NCBI GenBank assembly: GCA_020059745.1
Contig: JAGVBK010000004.1
Location: forward strand, 178,511 to 242,510
Direction of reading: 5' to 3'
Length of the DNA stretch: 64,000 nucleotides
Source: Candidatus Shapirobacteria bacterium
GTDB lineage: Bacteria; Patescibacteriota; Microgenomatia; UM-FILTER-40-11
This document shows, piece after piece, positions 17,640 through 28,127 of this stretch. Position 1 is the first letter of the stretch. Each line of letters begins with the position of its first letter. Under the pieces are notes generated by a model. That model made no database searches and was not told the origin of the DNA. It saw nothing but the letters and a program-made list of their open reading frames with translations. The translations under genes and the position numbers were made by a program.

Positions 17640-19466
17640 TTAGCAGCTTTGAAATTCGTTGAGTCTTTGTAAAAAGTCTTCAGGAATATCAAGGATAAAT
17701 CTTGAGATTTGGTTGGCAGTTCTTTGTCCGAAAAAAAGCCTTTTTCTGGCGTAAATTAAGAAAAGATTTTCTTTTGCTCTGGTGATGCCCACATAGCAAA
17801 GCCTTCTTTCTTCCTCAAGCTCGCTGTTATCAAGAAGGCTTCTTGAATGAGGGAACAGGCCTTCTTCCATGCCAATCATAAAAACAACCGGAAACTCTAG
17901 CCCCTTGGCCGCATGCAAGGTCATTAAGGTAACTGCTTCTCCTTTTTTGTTCTTGGCTTTTTCAGAAAGGTATTCTTCTTCAACCAAGGCCACATTTTCT
18001 AAAAAGTCATTTATTTCCGGAAACTGAGTGGCAACAGAGCGAAGCTCTTTTATGTTTTCAAGCCTCGATAAATCCTCCTCGATTTCAGGATTATAAAGCT
18101 CAAGATAAGAGCTAACCTGTAAAACTTCTTCAAGAAGTTCAAGGGTTTTCCTATTTATAAAATTTTGGTCACCTTCAAAGCGGTTTTCTCTCCAGGTCAT
18201 AAATTTTTGCAATTTTCCCTTACCCAGTTTTTCCGCTCTTTTTAAGGAAACAAGGTCCTTTGGGTTTACAAGAAGCCTGAGATAGGAAAGCACATCTTTA
18301 ATTTCTTTTCTTTGGTAAAACCTGGTGCCGCCAACAAGTAAGTAAGGAATACCGGAATGTAAAAACATTTCTTCTAAAATTCTTGACTGAGCGTTTGTCC
18401 GGTAAAGAACCACAAAATCAGAAAGCTTATATTCTTTCAACAAAGCCTTTATTTTTTCTACCACAAAACTGGCTTCATTAAGTTCGCTTTCTGCTTCAAA
18501 AAGACAAATTTTTTCGCCCTTTTTGTTTTCTGTCCAAAGCTTAAGAATGGGGTGTGAAGAGTTCTTAGAAATAACAGAATAAGCGACATCAAGAATTATC
18601 TGTGTTGAGCGGTAATTTTGCTCCAGGTTTATGACTTTTATTTCCGGGAAATCTCTTTTTAAATTCAGCAAATTTCTGAAGTTTGCCCCCCGCCAGCCAT
18701 AAATACTTTGGGAAGCATCGCCAACCACGGTCAGGTTTCGGTAGCGGCCGGAAAGGAGCTTGGTAAGCACATACTGGGCGTGGTTTGTGTCCTGGTATTC
18801 GTCCACTAAAACATATTGATACTGATTTTGGTATTTTCCAAGTGTTTCGGGAAACTTTTTAAAAATATCAACGGTTTTAAAAATTAGGTCATCAAAATCA
18901 AGAGCAGAATTTTCCCTTAAAAGCCTTTGATATTCAAGGTAAATTTGTGCTACCCCTTTTTGCCAAGGAGTGCGGGCATATTGGGGGTATTCAAGTTCTG
19001 AGATAAGCTCATTTTTAGCTTGGGAAATTGTATTAAGCACTGATGAAGGCTTGTAGTCTTTAACTGAAAAACGAAGCTTGCTTATAATTTCCTTAGCTGC
19101 TTCTACCTGATCTGTTTCATCATAAATTAAAAAGTTACGCGAAAATCCCAAAAGCTCCCCTTCTTTTCTTAAAAGCTTGGCGCAAAAAGAATGAAAAGTA
19201 CCGGCATAAGGAATTTCTTTCTTTTTTTCAGCATTTTTTATTAGGTTTTCAATTCTTTCTTTCATTTCTCCGGCAGCTTTGTTGGTAAAAGTAAGAAGAA
19301 GAATATTTTCTGAAAGAATTTGCTTTTCTTTAACAAGATAAGCTGCCCGGTGGGTTAGGGCCCGGGTTTTGCCGCTACCGGCTCCGGCTAAAATAAGCAA
19401 AGGACCGTTTCCAAAGGAAACCGCCCGTTGTTGAGAGGAATTCAAGTTTGCTAAAATATCTTCCAT
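17640..19466 (-). CDS. pcrA: ATP-dependent DNA helicase PcrA/UvrD (compact, 608 aa)
   Basis: QQRAVSFGNGPLLILAGAGSGKTRALTHR, DEYQDTNHAQY, VVGDASQSIYGWRGA, LHAAKGLEFPVVF, YVGITRAK. Confidence 0.85.
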   Translation of the reverse strand: MEDILANLNSSQQRAVSFGNGPLLILAGAGSGKTRALTHRAAYLVKEKQILSENILLLTFTNKAAGEMKERIENLIKNAEKKKEIPYAGTFHSFCAKLLRKEGELLGFSRNFLIYDETDQVEAAKEIISKLRFSVKDYKPSSVLNTISQAKNELISELEYPQYARTPWQKGVAQIYLEYQRLLRENSALDFDDLIFKTVDIFKKFPETLGKYQNQYQYVLVDEYQDTNHAQYVLTKLLSGRYRNLTVVGDASQSIYGWRGANFRNLLNLKRDFPEIKVINLEQNYRSTQIILDVAYSVISKNSSHPILKLWTENKKGEKICLFEAESELNEASFVVEKIKALLKEYKLSDFVVLYRTNAQSRILEEMFLHSGIPYLLVGGTRFYQRKEIKDVLSYLRLLVNPKDLVSLKRAEKLGKGKLQKFMTWRENRFEGDQNFINRKTLELLEEVLQVSSYLELYNPEIEEDLSRLENIKELRSVATQFPEINDFLENVALVEEEYLSEKAKNKKGEAVTLMTLHAAKGLEFPVVFMIGMEEGLFPHSRSLLDNSELEEERRLCYVGITRAKENLFLIYARKRLFFGQRTANQISRFILDIPEDFLQRLNEFQSC

Positions 19467-20406
19467 GGTAAAAAAACTCCTGCCTTATTTTTTTGGGGTA
19501 CTCTTGATTTTACTATTTTCCGGAGGTTTTTTGTGGGGTTATTATATCAAAAAAAGCTATTTTAAGAAGCTGCCCGAGAAAGAGCCGGGAAGAACAAACT
19601 TTCTTCTTTTGGGGGTTAATGATTCGCAATCAGAAGTAGCTGACCTTACAGATACAATAATTTTTCTTTCAGTTGATCCGGTCGCCAAAAAAGCCTACCT
19701 TGTTTCAATCCCCAGAGATTTATGGGTACCGGAAATGCAAGCAAAGATTAACACAGCCTATCATTACGGCGGTTTTGATTTAGCCAGAAAATCAGTTGAG
19801 GATATTTTAGGCCAAAAGATTGATCGGGTAGTGGTTTTAGGCTTTGACGGTTTTGTGGAAGCCGTGGATATAATCGGTGGTGTTGAAGTTGAGGTACTTA
19901 AAAGCTTTGATGACTATAAATACCCAATTGCCGGCAAAGAAAAAGATCTCTGCAACGGAGACCCTTCGTACAGGTGCCGTTATGAGCACATCCATTTTGA
20001 CGCCGGCAGACAAGAAATGAACGGCACAACTGCACTGAAATTTGTAAGAAGCAGAAACGCAGAAGGAGAAGAAGGTACGGATTTTGCCCGCTCTCTAAGG
20101 CAGCAGCAGTTAATTAAGGCGGTAAAAGAAAAACTGCTAACTAAAGAGGTAATGTTTTCGCCTGAAAAAATTAGCGGCTTAATAGGTGTTTTTAAAAAGG
20201 TAACTAAGTCTGACATTGATCCCTCAGAATACGGAAGTTTGCTTGTTCTTTTTTCGAAAATTGACTGGGACAGCATGAAAACAACCTCCTTAGGAGAAGA
20301 TCTTATATTTCATCCAGCAAACCATAGTTCAAAACAATGGGTTATGGTAACCAGGACAGGAGATTGGCAACAAACCCGCGATTTTATTAAGGACTTTTTA
20401 AAATAA
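19465..20406 (+). CDS. LytR-CpsA-Psr (LCP) family cell-wall polymer phosphotransferase
   Basis: An N-terminal TM anchor is followed by the LCP core RTNFLLLGVNDSQ...TDTIIFLSVDPVAKKAYLVSIPRDLWV. Confidence 0.75.
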   Translation: MVKKLLPYFFGVLLILLFSGGFLWGYYIKKSYFKKLPEKEPGRTNFLLLGVNDSQSEVADLTDTIIFLSVDPVAKKAYLVSIPRDLWVPEMQAKINTAYHYGGFDLARKSVEDILGQKIDRVVVLGFDGFVEAVDIIGGVEVEVLKSFDDYKYPIAGKEKDLCNGDPSYRCRYEHIHFDAGRQEMNGTTALKFVRSRNAEGEEGTDFARSLRQQQLIKAVKEKLLTKEVMFSPEKISGLIGVFKKVTKSDIDPSEYGSLLVLFSKIDWDSMKTTSLGEDLIFHPANHSSKQWVMVTRTGDWQQTRDFIKDFLK

Positions 20407-22533
20407 TTCGTAAACTGAGGCCTCGCCGCTTTTAAAGACTTTTTTTCCGATTTTCTCAAATTTAGCCTCATTAAGCTGGGGATATTTTTGCTTCTCAAGC
20501 TTTGAGATAAAGACATACTTTACTTCATATTTTTTAAGAAGTTCTTTTACCTGGTTTATATTAGACGATTCGTAAATAGTTTTAACTTCCCCTGATCTTT
20601 TTCCCGGCTCGTCAAAAGAGCCACGCCAAAGCCACTCGTGAACAAGCCAGCCTTGGACAGTAGGTAAACCGGTGGCCATGGAAACACGGTTATAGTCGGT
20701 GTAGCTGTCCCCAACCGCTTCTAAAACCACAGGCTGTCCTTTGATATTTTTGTTTAGCCAGTTTATGGCTTCATAATCACCGGGATATTCTCTTTTGAGG
20801 AAATTAAGGCCGTAAAGACCTTTGTAATTTTCTTTTTTAAGATCTCCGTAATAACCTTTAATTGAATATAAAGGATAAACAGCAAGTGAAGAGAAAATTA
20901 AAAAAAACAAAAAAGACACAGTTTTTCTTACTAAAACTCTTTTAATTTGAGAAGCAACTCTAAACATGATGTAACCGGAAAGAAGCGAAAACATGACAAA
21001 GCTTTGGTAGGTCAGCTTAAACATGGTGTTGGCTCGGTGGTAGGAGGCAATATAAATGTCCTTAAGGTAAATTATTTCTGGAATGATTATTAAGAATGTA
21101 GCTACGGCAAAAAGAATTAAAGCAAAGCTGTCAGCAGCCGGAAGCGTTTTCAGGTTAAAATTTAAGGTTTTTGGCACCTTTCTAAATACTCTTTTTACTA
21201 AAGAAACTATTTCTTTACCAAAGAGATAGCTTATAAATAAAACACCCAAAGCCCAAGGCGCTCCCCATAAAATAAGCAGTTGATAAAAACGCGATCGGCT
21301 GTTAACTAAGGCTACTCCTTTGGCGATTGATTCAAAACCAAGTTGAAAGGGAAGAATAAGCGGAATCACGGCCACAATAACTAAAAAACAAGTCAAAGCG
21401 GTTTTAAAAAAAGCCTCTCTTAATTTGTGGTGATAGGAATATCCTGCCAAAAGGGTTAACCCTAGAGCTAAAAGATAGATTGGAAAATCCCACTGGTTGG
21501 TCATGTACATGATTGAAAGAAGAGGAGAAAACAAAAAAGGCAGAAATCGATTTCTATTATTTTCCTTAAGAGAAAGAAAAAGGTTCAGAAGCAGGGCAAT
21601 AAAAAGAAAAACAAAAGGAAGATCAGAAACATGGCCGTGAAGATCGGAAACAACAAAAGAGTATGAAGGAAATTCATGAATTGTTTTATCTTCAACATCG
21701 GGACAATAACCAATATAGCGGGTTGCATTTGGGTACCAATAAAAAGAAGCTCCGTCGCAATAAGGTATTTTTAAAAGGCTCATTTTAACATTGTAAAAAG
21801 CAGGGTGAAGATTAGCTCCCAAAGAGACAAGGACAGAAGAAGCCAAACCGGCAAAAACTAAAAGATAGGATTTGCCAAAAGAAAAGCGAAGAGATTTTTC
21901 TTTAGTTAAGAGATAAAAAAGATTTCCGGTTATTGAAAAAGCTAAAGAAAAAGTAAAGGAAAAAAGCGTGGCAATCATTAGGTTATAGGTAATGGCAGAA
22001 TCAAGACCGGAAAGTTTAGTGAGAAAAGCAGCGATAAAATGGCCAAAATAATAATAATTTATGGATTTTCCGGCAAACCAGATATCCGGGGGAGGCATAA
22101 ACTTGCTTCTTAAGGCTGAGTTAACAAAACCAAAATCCATGAATTTTTCCAAGCCTTGGATATCTGGCTGAAACCCGCGGACAAGCCCCCAAGCGACCAA
22201 AGCACCTAAAAAAAGAAACTCTTCTCCGCTTAAGATAATTAAGAAAGAACGGTCAAGTTTAAACTTTTCTTTATTTTTAACAAATAAAAGCAGGTTAAGA
22301 GCAAGTCCAAAAACTAAAACCAAAAAAACACTTTCTCTGAAAAAGGGCAAAAGCTTAAGCGAGGCCAAAAGCCACACTAAATATGAAGAGAAAAGTATTC
22401 CGATTACCTTGGCAAAAAGATAGCCTTTATCAAAAAACCTGCCAAAAATTACCATCGCCGTTGGCAGAAAGCCAAGGCCGATTATAAAAATAAAAAACCA
22501 CCACCAGAGGATATTTCCAAAATCAGAAAGCAT
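20398..22533 (-). CDS. large polytopic membrane protein, DUF2298 / 'chlor_Arch_YYY' domain family (putative GT-C-like glycosyltransferase)
   Basis: The 711-aa protein has more than 12 TM segments and the signature SINYYYFGHF (the YYY motif), plus a C-terminal soluble domain of about 200 aa. Confidence 0.5.
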   Translation of the reverse strand: MLSDFGNILWWWFFIFIIGLGFLPTAMVIFGRFFDKGYLFAKVIGILFSSYLVWLLASLKLLPFFRESVFLVLVFGLALNLLLFVKNKEKFKLDRSFLIILSGEEFLFLGALVAWGLVRGFQPDIQGLEKFMDFGFVNSALRSKFMPPPDIWFAGKSINYYYFGHFIAAFLTKLSGLDSAITYNLMIATLFSFTFSLAFSITGNLFYLLTKEKSLRFSFGKSYLLVFAGLASSVLVSLGANLHPAFYNVKMSLLKIPYCDGASFYWYPNATRYIGYCPDVEDKTIHEFPSYSFVVSDLHGHVSDLPFVFLFIALLLNLFLSLKENNRNRFLPFLFSPLLSIMYMTNQWDFPIYLLALGLTLLAGYSYHHKLREAFFKTALTCFLVIVAVIPLILPFQLGFESIAKGVALVNSRSRFYQLLILWGAPWALGVLFISYLFGKEIVSLVKRVFRKVPKTLNFNLKTLPAADSFALILFAVATFLIIIPEIIYLKDIYIASYHRANTMFKLTYQSFVMFSLLSGYIMFRVASQIKRVLVRKTVSFLFFLIFSSLAVYPLYSIKGYYGDLKKENYKGLYGLNFLKREYPGDYEAINWLNKNIKGQPVVLEAVGDSYTDYNRVSMATGLPTVQGWLVHEWLWRGSFDEPGKRSGEVKTIYESSNINQVKELLKKYEVKYVFISKLEKQKYPQLNEAKFEKIGKKVFKSGEASVYELF

Positions 22534-22610
22534 GATGATATTTTAAATAAATTAGCTTCAAGTTTCAATTCTTAAAGCTAAAGATTAATGTATAATCAAA
22601 GTTAGAAAAA

Positions 22611-23162
22611 ATGAAAAAGAATAAAATAAAAATTGCCTTTGATTTGGACGGGGTAATTGTCAACAAACCTCCCTTGGTTCCTAAAAGATTGCTGGAATGG
22701 TTGTTTAAAGGAGGCGGAAGCAGGCTTCATTACCGTTTTCCCCATTCAAACCTTGAGCAGATGATAAGAAAAATTTCCCACTTTTATTTGTTTAGGCCGC
22801 CGATGGGAAAAAACATTAATTTTATTAAAAAAATTGCCAAAGACGATGATTATGAGCTTTATATTGTTTCTTCCCGATACTCCTTTTTAAAAAGGGAAAC
22901 AGAAATATGGCTTGAAAAAAGAAACCTTGAAAAACTATTTAAAAAAATTTATCTTAACGAAAAGAACGAACAGCCTCATTTGTTTAAAGAAAAAGTTTTA
23001 AAGGAAATAAAACCAGACATTTTTATTGACGATGACGAGGCAATTGTAGATTATCTTTGCCAAAAGACAAAAACCCATATTTATTGTTTTTCTTTAAAAA
23101 AAGTAACTCCCAAACCCGAAACAAACCTTTTTCTTAGTAGCCTTGAATTACTCTTCCGATGA
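22611..23162 (+). CDS. HAD-superfamily hydrolase-like protein
   Basis: HAD motif I IAFDLDGVI at the N-terminus and FIDDDE near the C-terminus. Its stop overlaps the next gene's start (ATGA). Confidence 0.45.
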   Translation: MKKNKIKIAFDLDGVIVNKPPLVPKRLLEWLFKGGGSRLHYRFPHSNLEQMIRKISHFYLFRPPMGKNINFIKKIAKDDDYELYIVSSRYSFLKRETEIWLEKRNLEKLFKKIYLNEKNEQPHLFKEKVLKEIKPDIFIDDDEAIVDYLCQKTKTHIYCFSLKKVTPKPETNLFLSSLELLFR

Positions 23163-24289
23163 AAATCCTTTTAGGAATTACTTATTACCTTCCTAACGTA
23201 AGTGGAGTCACAATTTATGCAAGAAGGCTGGCCGAGGAGCTGGTTAAAAAGGGCCATGAGGTTACAATAATTGCCTCAAGACATGACAAATCCTTGCCTT
23301 TAAAAGAGACTATAAATGGAGTTAGGGTTAGAAGGGTTCCCGTTTTTTTAAAAATCGGCAAAGGAGTGATCATGCCCACACTTCCTTTCTTAGTTTTAAG
23401 GGAAGCATTATTTTCGGATGTTATAAACTGCCATCTTCCGCAATTTGAGTCATTTGTCTTTGCCGTTACTGGAAAAATTCTTGGAAAAAAAATAATCCTT
23501 ACCCACCACACCGACCTTTCAGGATGGAAAGGGTTTTTAAACAGAATTTCTGAGGCAAGTGTTTGGCTCGGCCAGATGGTAGCCGGAGCCCTGGCAGACA
23601 AAATTGTTCCGTACACTAAAGATTATGCTGATCATTCCTGGTTTTTAAGGCTCTTTCCTAAAAAGCTTTTCTATATTCTGCCGCCGATTGTTACCGGGAA
23701 AGTAAAAAAAGAACTAAAAGAAAAATGGCGAAAAGAAGCTAAAAATCCAGAGGTAATTATCGGTTTTGCCGGAAGAATTGCCAGACAAAAAGGCATCCCT
23801 TATCTTTTAAACGCTGTTCCTTTGTTAAGGAAAGAATTTCCTTCTTTTAAAATAATCTTTGCCGGTCCCCATAAAGGAGTAATTGGTGAAAAATATTTTG
23901 AAGAAATTGAAAAGCTCGTCACTAAATACAAAAAAAACCTTTGTTTTTTAGGAAACATAAAGGAAGATGACATGGCAAGTTTTTATTCTCTTTGTGATGT
24001 TTTAGTGCTGCCAAGCGATGACAGGCTTGAGTCTTTTGGATTAGTCCAGCCTGAGGCAATGCTAAAAGGTTGTCCTGTTTTAGTTTCTGATTTACCTGGA
24101 GTAAGAGTTCCAGTCAAACTGACAGGAATGGGGTTAACTTTTAAACCAAAAGACACAAAAGATCTTATCCAAAAAACAACCTTTATCTTAAGGAATAAAG
24201 CAAAATTTCAAATAAACCAAAAAAGGCTAAGAGAAATTTTTAGTCTTAAAAAAACAATAAAAGAATATGAAAAAGTTTTTAAAAACTGA
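23159..24289 (+). CDS. GT-B fold glycosyltransferase, family 4 (group 1)
   Basis: GRIARQKGIPYLL...E-x7-E-type C-terminal region FGLVQPEAMLKGCPVLVSDLPG. Confidence 0.75.
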   Translation: MKILLGITYYLPNVSGVTIYARRLAEELVKKGHEVTIIASRHDKSLPLKETINGVRVRRVPVFLKIGKGVIMPTLPFLVLREALFSDVINCHLPQFESFVFAVTGKILGKKIILTHHTDLSGWKGFLNRISEASVWLGQMVAGALADKIVPYTKDYADHSWFLRLFPKKLFYILPPIVTGKVKKELKEKWRKEAKNPEVIIGFAGRIARQKGIPYLLNAVPLLRKEFPSFKIIFAGPHKGVIGEKYFEEIEKLVTKYKKNLCFLGNIKEDDMASFYSLCDVLVLPSDDRLESFGLVQPEAMLKGCPVLVSDLPGVRVPVKLTGMGLTFKPKDTKDLIQKTTFILRNKAKFQINQKRLREIFSLKKTIKEYEKVFKN

Positions 24290-25067
24290 ACCTGACCCGG
24301 CTTTTGCAAGAAGGGCTGAAATAATTATTGAAAACCTTGAACTTAAAAAAGGAGATAAAGTTATTGATATTGGCTGCGGCCGGGGCTTTTATATTAATTT
24401 TCTGAGCCAGCTAAATCTTGGTCTTGAAATCTTTGGAATAGACCAAAACGAAAAATATTTAAAAGTAGCCAAAAAGAACCTTGGCGGAAAAAAGGTTTTT
24501 TTAAATAGGGGTAATGCACTAAATCTTCCTTTTAAAGCAAACTTTTTTGATAAAGTTATTGCCTCAGAAATACTCGAGCATATTAATGATGATGTAAAAG
24601 CTCTTGAAGAAATGTACCGGGTCTTAAAGCCTGGTGGAATTATTTTAATTAGTGTCCCCAATCAAAATTACCCCTTTTTTTGGGATCCTTTAAATTGGAC
24701 ACTTGAAAGAGTTTTTAGAAAGCACATTCCTTCTCACCTTTGGTGGCTTGCTGGTATTTGGGCAGACCATGTCAGGCTTTACAAAGAAAGGGAATTAAAG
24801 GAAAAACTAAAAAAAGCTGGTTTTAGGATCAAGGGTTTCTGGTGCGCTACTCATTTTTGTTTCCCCTTTTCCCATTTTATTTTGTACGGAATAGGAAAAA
24901 ATCTTGTTGAAAAGGGACTCTTAAAAGATTTTAACCGTTTTTATAGAGATGACAATCAGTCGTTTTTTAACAAGATTTTATTATGGCCGGCAAGAAAAAT
25001 CGATTTTTTAAATTCAAAAGACGATTATAAAGTTTCGGTTAATTTGATTTGTAAAGCCATTAAATAG
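24267..25067 (+). CDS. class I SAM-dependent methyltransferase
   Basis: Motif I VIDIGCGRGFY and motif post-II LKPGGIILISVPN. It overlaps the upstream GT4 gene by 23 nt. Confidence 0.75.
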   Translation: MKKFLKTEPDPAFARRAEIIIENLELKKGDKVIDIGCGRGFYINFLSQLNLGLEIFGIDQNEKYLKVAKKNLGGKKVFLNRGNALNLPFKANFFDKVIASEILEHINDDVKALEEMYRVLKPGGIILISVPNQNYPFFWDPLNWTLERVFRKHIPSHLWWLAGIWADHVRLYKERELKEKLKKAGFRIKGFWCATHFCFPFSHFILYGIGKNLVEKGLLKDFNRFYRDDNQSFFNKILLWPARKIDFLNSKDDYKVSVNLICKAIK

Positions 25068-25069
25068 CA

Positions 25070-26461
25070 ATGAGGAGTTTTCTGAATATTAAGAAAAAAA
25101 AGCTTCCTGATTTGATTTTTTTTACCTTTTTAATATTTGTCTTTGGATTTGCCTTATTTATTAGAATTTGGAAATTAACGGAAACGCCTTCTGTAATCAA
25201 CGGTGATGAACAAGGCAGTTTGGTTCACCCCTGGCAGATAATTCTTGGCCAATTAAAACCATTTGACCTAACCCACGATGGTAGTATTCCGGCCATAGTT
25301 TACTATCCCAAGGCTCTTTTTGTAGTTTTATTAGGAATTGAAAACTCCTTGTTGGCGGCCCGCTTGGTATCAGTTATTTTCAGTATGGGAGCCTTGATTT
25401 TATTCTATCTTATTCTATTAAAAGAATTTTCGAGATGGACTTCGGCAGTTGCAACTCTTTTTTTTGCTTCTTCCTATTGGCTTTTGAATTTTTCTCGCCT
25501 TTCCTGGATTAGCGTGGACGGGCTTTTTTGGGGATTGTTTTTTTATTTTCTGCAGCAAAAGGCTCTTTTGTCCGGACAGCTGAGGTATTATGCTCTTAGC
25601 GGATTTGTGGCTAGCTTGGTGGCTGCTAATTACATGGGGACACGCATTTATCTTCTAGCTGGAATATTTTTACTTATAACCCAAGTATTTAAAAAAAAGA
25701 AAAAGGCTTTATATAATTTTTTAATTTTTATTTTGGTTTTCGTTCTTTCCTCTCTTCCTTTAATAAATTCAGTAATTAAAAGCAAAGAGAAATTTCTGTT
25801 AAGAGCAAACACGCTCTCCGTTTTTAATATAAGTTCTGATTACTATGGTATTCGTCCTGCTGATTTTTCAAAAATTCTTTCTCATCAAGTTATTTATACT
25901 TTTAGAGGTTTTGCACTTTTTGACGGAAGAGTTTCAGGAGAAGGATTTGAAAACAAACGATTAATTCCTTTGGGAAAATCAGCTGTTAGTCCGGCAATAA
26001 TAATTCTTTACTATGTTGGCCTGGCTTTGGCTATTAAAAGAAAAAGAAGTTCATTTTGGCTATTTATTTTGGTTATTAATTTTTTATTAGTCCAAGTTCT
26101 GTCGGTCTATATTCCTGCTTGGGCGCGTGGTATTGGAGTACTGCCTTCAATTTACTATTTCGTTGCCTGCGGTTTAGAGGAAATTTTAGTTATAGTTAAG
26201 AAAAAAGGTTTAACTTTCTTTGTTTTCGGGCTGCTTGTTCTATTTATAGTCATTCCTTATGGAGATTTTCAGACTTATTGGCAGTGGGTAAAAAGCGAAG
26301 AATTCGTTCAATTTCAAGAGCCGGCGGTAAAAATGATTGAATATGAGGATTGGCAAAAGCTGCAGTGGCGGTGGATGTCGGGTGCTCGTCATCCTTTTAC
26401 ACACTATCAGTGGCAAGATAAAAGCTTTAGGGAATATTTGGAAGATCAACAGTCTTTTTAA
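25070..26461 (+). CDS. GT-C superfamily membrane glycosyltransferase (ArnT/PMT-like)
   Basis: The 463-aa polytopic protein has a DE motif right after TM1 (VINGDEQGS). Confidence 0.5.
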   Translation: MRSFLNIKKKKLPDLIFFTFLIFVFGFALFIRIWKLTETPSVINGDEQGSLVHPWQIILGQLKPFDLTHDGSIPAIVYYPKALFVVLLGIENSLLAARLVSVIFSMGALILFYLILLKEFSRWTSAVATLFFASSYWLLNFSRLSWISVDGLFWGLFFYFLQQKALLSGQLRYYALSGFVASLVAANYMGTRIYLLAGIFLLITQVFKKKKKALYNFLIFILVFVLSSLPLINSVIKSKEKFLLRANTLSVFNISSDYYGIRPADFSKILSHQVIYTFRGFALFDGRVSGEGFENKRLIPLGKSAVSPAIIILYYVGLALAIKRKRSSFWLFILVINFLLVQVLSVYIPAWARGIGVLPSIYYFVACGLEEILVIVKKKGLTFFVFGLLVLFIVIPYGDFQTYWQWVKSEEFVQFQEPAVKMIEYEDWQKLQWRWMSGARHPFTHYQWQDKSFREYLEDQQSF

Positions 26462-28127
26462 ATATCATTACTTTAGGGTGATCATAAACAGTGAAGGCTT
26501 CTTCTGAAGAGTCGTCGTTAAAACAAAAAAGAGATTTGGCAAACGGAGGAAAACAGGGATACGAGGTAAATTCAGCTACTTTTTCAAATCCAAGCGAGCC
26601 GTTAAAAAGCTTTTCATAATATTTGGCGGTTTGGCTGTAATACTCCGGATTTTTGGGGATTGAACCGTAAAGCCGGTTTGAAGAAAGAACAATATAGTCT
26701 GTTTTTTCTAGTTGAGCATTAATTTTTTCCCATTTTTGATTGCTTTCTGGATCATACAAAGAAAGCATTTCATATTTAAACTTGCTGTGGTTTTCGTTAG
26801 GCAGGAGAAGCGGTAAAGGATCGTCCCAGTGTTCATTGGTAATTGTTGAGCCTATGGGAATGTTTCTGTATATCCATCTCGAAGCGCTAATCCTGGTAAC
26901 GGGTTTGGTATAAATTGAGATAAAAGACAAAGGATAGATGAGAACGGAAAGGAAAATAAGTACTTTAAAAAGTTTATTTTTAATTCTTTCAAACTGCCAG
27001 GCAGAAAATAGGGCTAAAAAGGGGTAAAGAAAAAGGAAATACCGCATTGTTTTTACTTGTTGAATTCCTAGATAAAAAAGTAAGATTGCCGTCCAGCCTA
27101 AAGCAGCAAAAACAAAGAAGCTTTTATTAATTTTTTTTACCGCCAGAAAAAAAAGCCGGAAAAAAGAGAAAAAACTGAAAACCCCTAAAGGCAACCCCAG
27201 TCCCCAAAGCAAAAGATTTTTAAGTGGAAAGAAAACAGGAGTTGTTTTTTTCCACTGAACTGAGGGAGGAAACCAGGAGCTAGGGTCGTTAAAAGATTTT
27301 AACTGTTTTAAATTCAGTAAAAACTGGGGATTAAGATTGGGGGTTAAAAAATTGCCGTTCGTAAAAAAAGAGGGCTGGCATATTCTTAAAGTAAGGTAGA
27401 AAAAGAAGGCTGCCAAAAGTCCAGACAATAATATTTTTTTTATTTTTTCTCCCGACTTGAGAAGGTAGAGGTAAAAAAGCAAGATAACCGGGGAAAAATA
27501 TATTGCTGAAATTTTTGAAGTCATGGCCAGCCCAAAAGAGATTCCCAAAGAAGGACTTAGCCAAAGAAAAACTTTCTTTTTATTATTTATCAAAATCAGA
27601 AGATAAAAGCAAAGGATAATGAAAAAATTTAAGTATGTGTCAACCGCAAAAAAATGGGAAAGCTGTATTGGCAAAACCATGACAGAATAAAAAAATGCAG
27701 CAAAAAGCCCGGCTTTTTCTGAGAACAGTCTTTTTCCTATTAAGTAAACAAGGCAAACTACGCCTAAATCAAAAAAAGCAGAAAAGAACCGACCAACAAG
27801 GTAAAGGCTGCTGTAGGTATCACGGTTTAAAATCAAGCTTGCTGCTTTAACAAAATAAACAGGAAAAGTACCGTAAACATAAAAATTGTATCCGTTGTTA
27901 TAGGGATTTAGTGAAGATTTGGCAGGGTTTAGGTAATCGAGCAAATTTTCAGGAAATCTTATATCAACGCTTACCATGGTTAAGAATCTTTCGTCAGGGT
28001 GCAGATGCTGTCCTTGGTCCCAGTTAATTCCAAACAAGCGTAAAAAACCTGCCAATACCAGGACCATCAGCAAAACAAGTTTTTGGTTTTTATTAAAAAA
28101 GCTTTTAATTTTTAAAAAGTTCTTCAT
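26427..28127 (-). CDS. GT-C superfamily membrane glycosyltransferase (ArnT/PMT-like), tandem paralog A
   Basis: The 566-aa protein has HLHPDERF after TM1 and a C-terminal periplasmic domain (ASRWIYRNIP...) homologous to the neighbouring gene. Confidence 0.55.
   Translation of the reverse strand: MKNFLKIKSFFNKNQKLVLLMVLVLAGFLRLFGINWDQGQHLHPDERFLTMVSVDIRFPENLLDYLNPAKSSLNPYNNGYNFYVYGTFPVYFVKAASLILNRDTYSSLYLVGRFFSAFFDLGVVCLVYLIGKRLFSEKAGLFAAFFYSVMVLPIQLSHFFAVDTYLNFFIILCFYLLILINNKKKVFLWLSPSLGISFGLAMTSKISAIYFSPVILLFYLYLLKSGEKIKKILLSGLLAAFFFYLTLRICQPSFFTNGNFLTPNLNPQFLLNLKQLKSFNDPSSWFPPSVQWKKTTPVFFPLKNLLLWGLGLPLGVFSFFSFFRLFFLAVKKINKSFFVFAALGWTAILLFYLGIQQVKTMRYFLFLYPFLALFSAWQFERIKNKLFKVLIFLSVLIYPLSFISIYTKPVTRISASRWIYRNIPIGSTITNEHWDDPLPLLLPNENHSKFKYEMLSLYDPESNQKWEKINAQLEKTDYIVLSSNRLYGSIPKNPEYYSQTAKYYEKLFNGSLGFEKVAEFTSYPCFPPFAKSLFCFNDDSSEEAFTVYDHPKVMIFKKTVDLPNIP

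Noticed and set aside
17263-17672. + strand ORFs 17263..17607 and 17469..17672 in and around the FemAB/pcrA intergenic region
   Set aside because: They overlap the 5' end of the well-supported FemAB gene on the other strand. Their composition is low-complexity and F/L-rich, typical of antisense AT-rich sequence, with no RBS or motif. The 200-bp gap is more likely promoter/terminator space.
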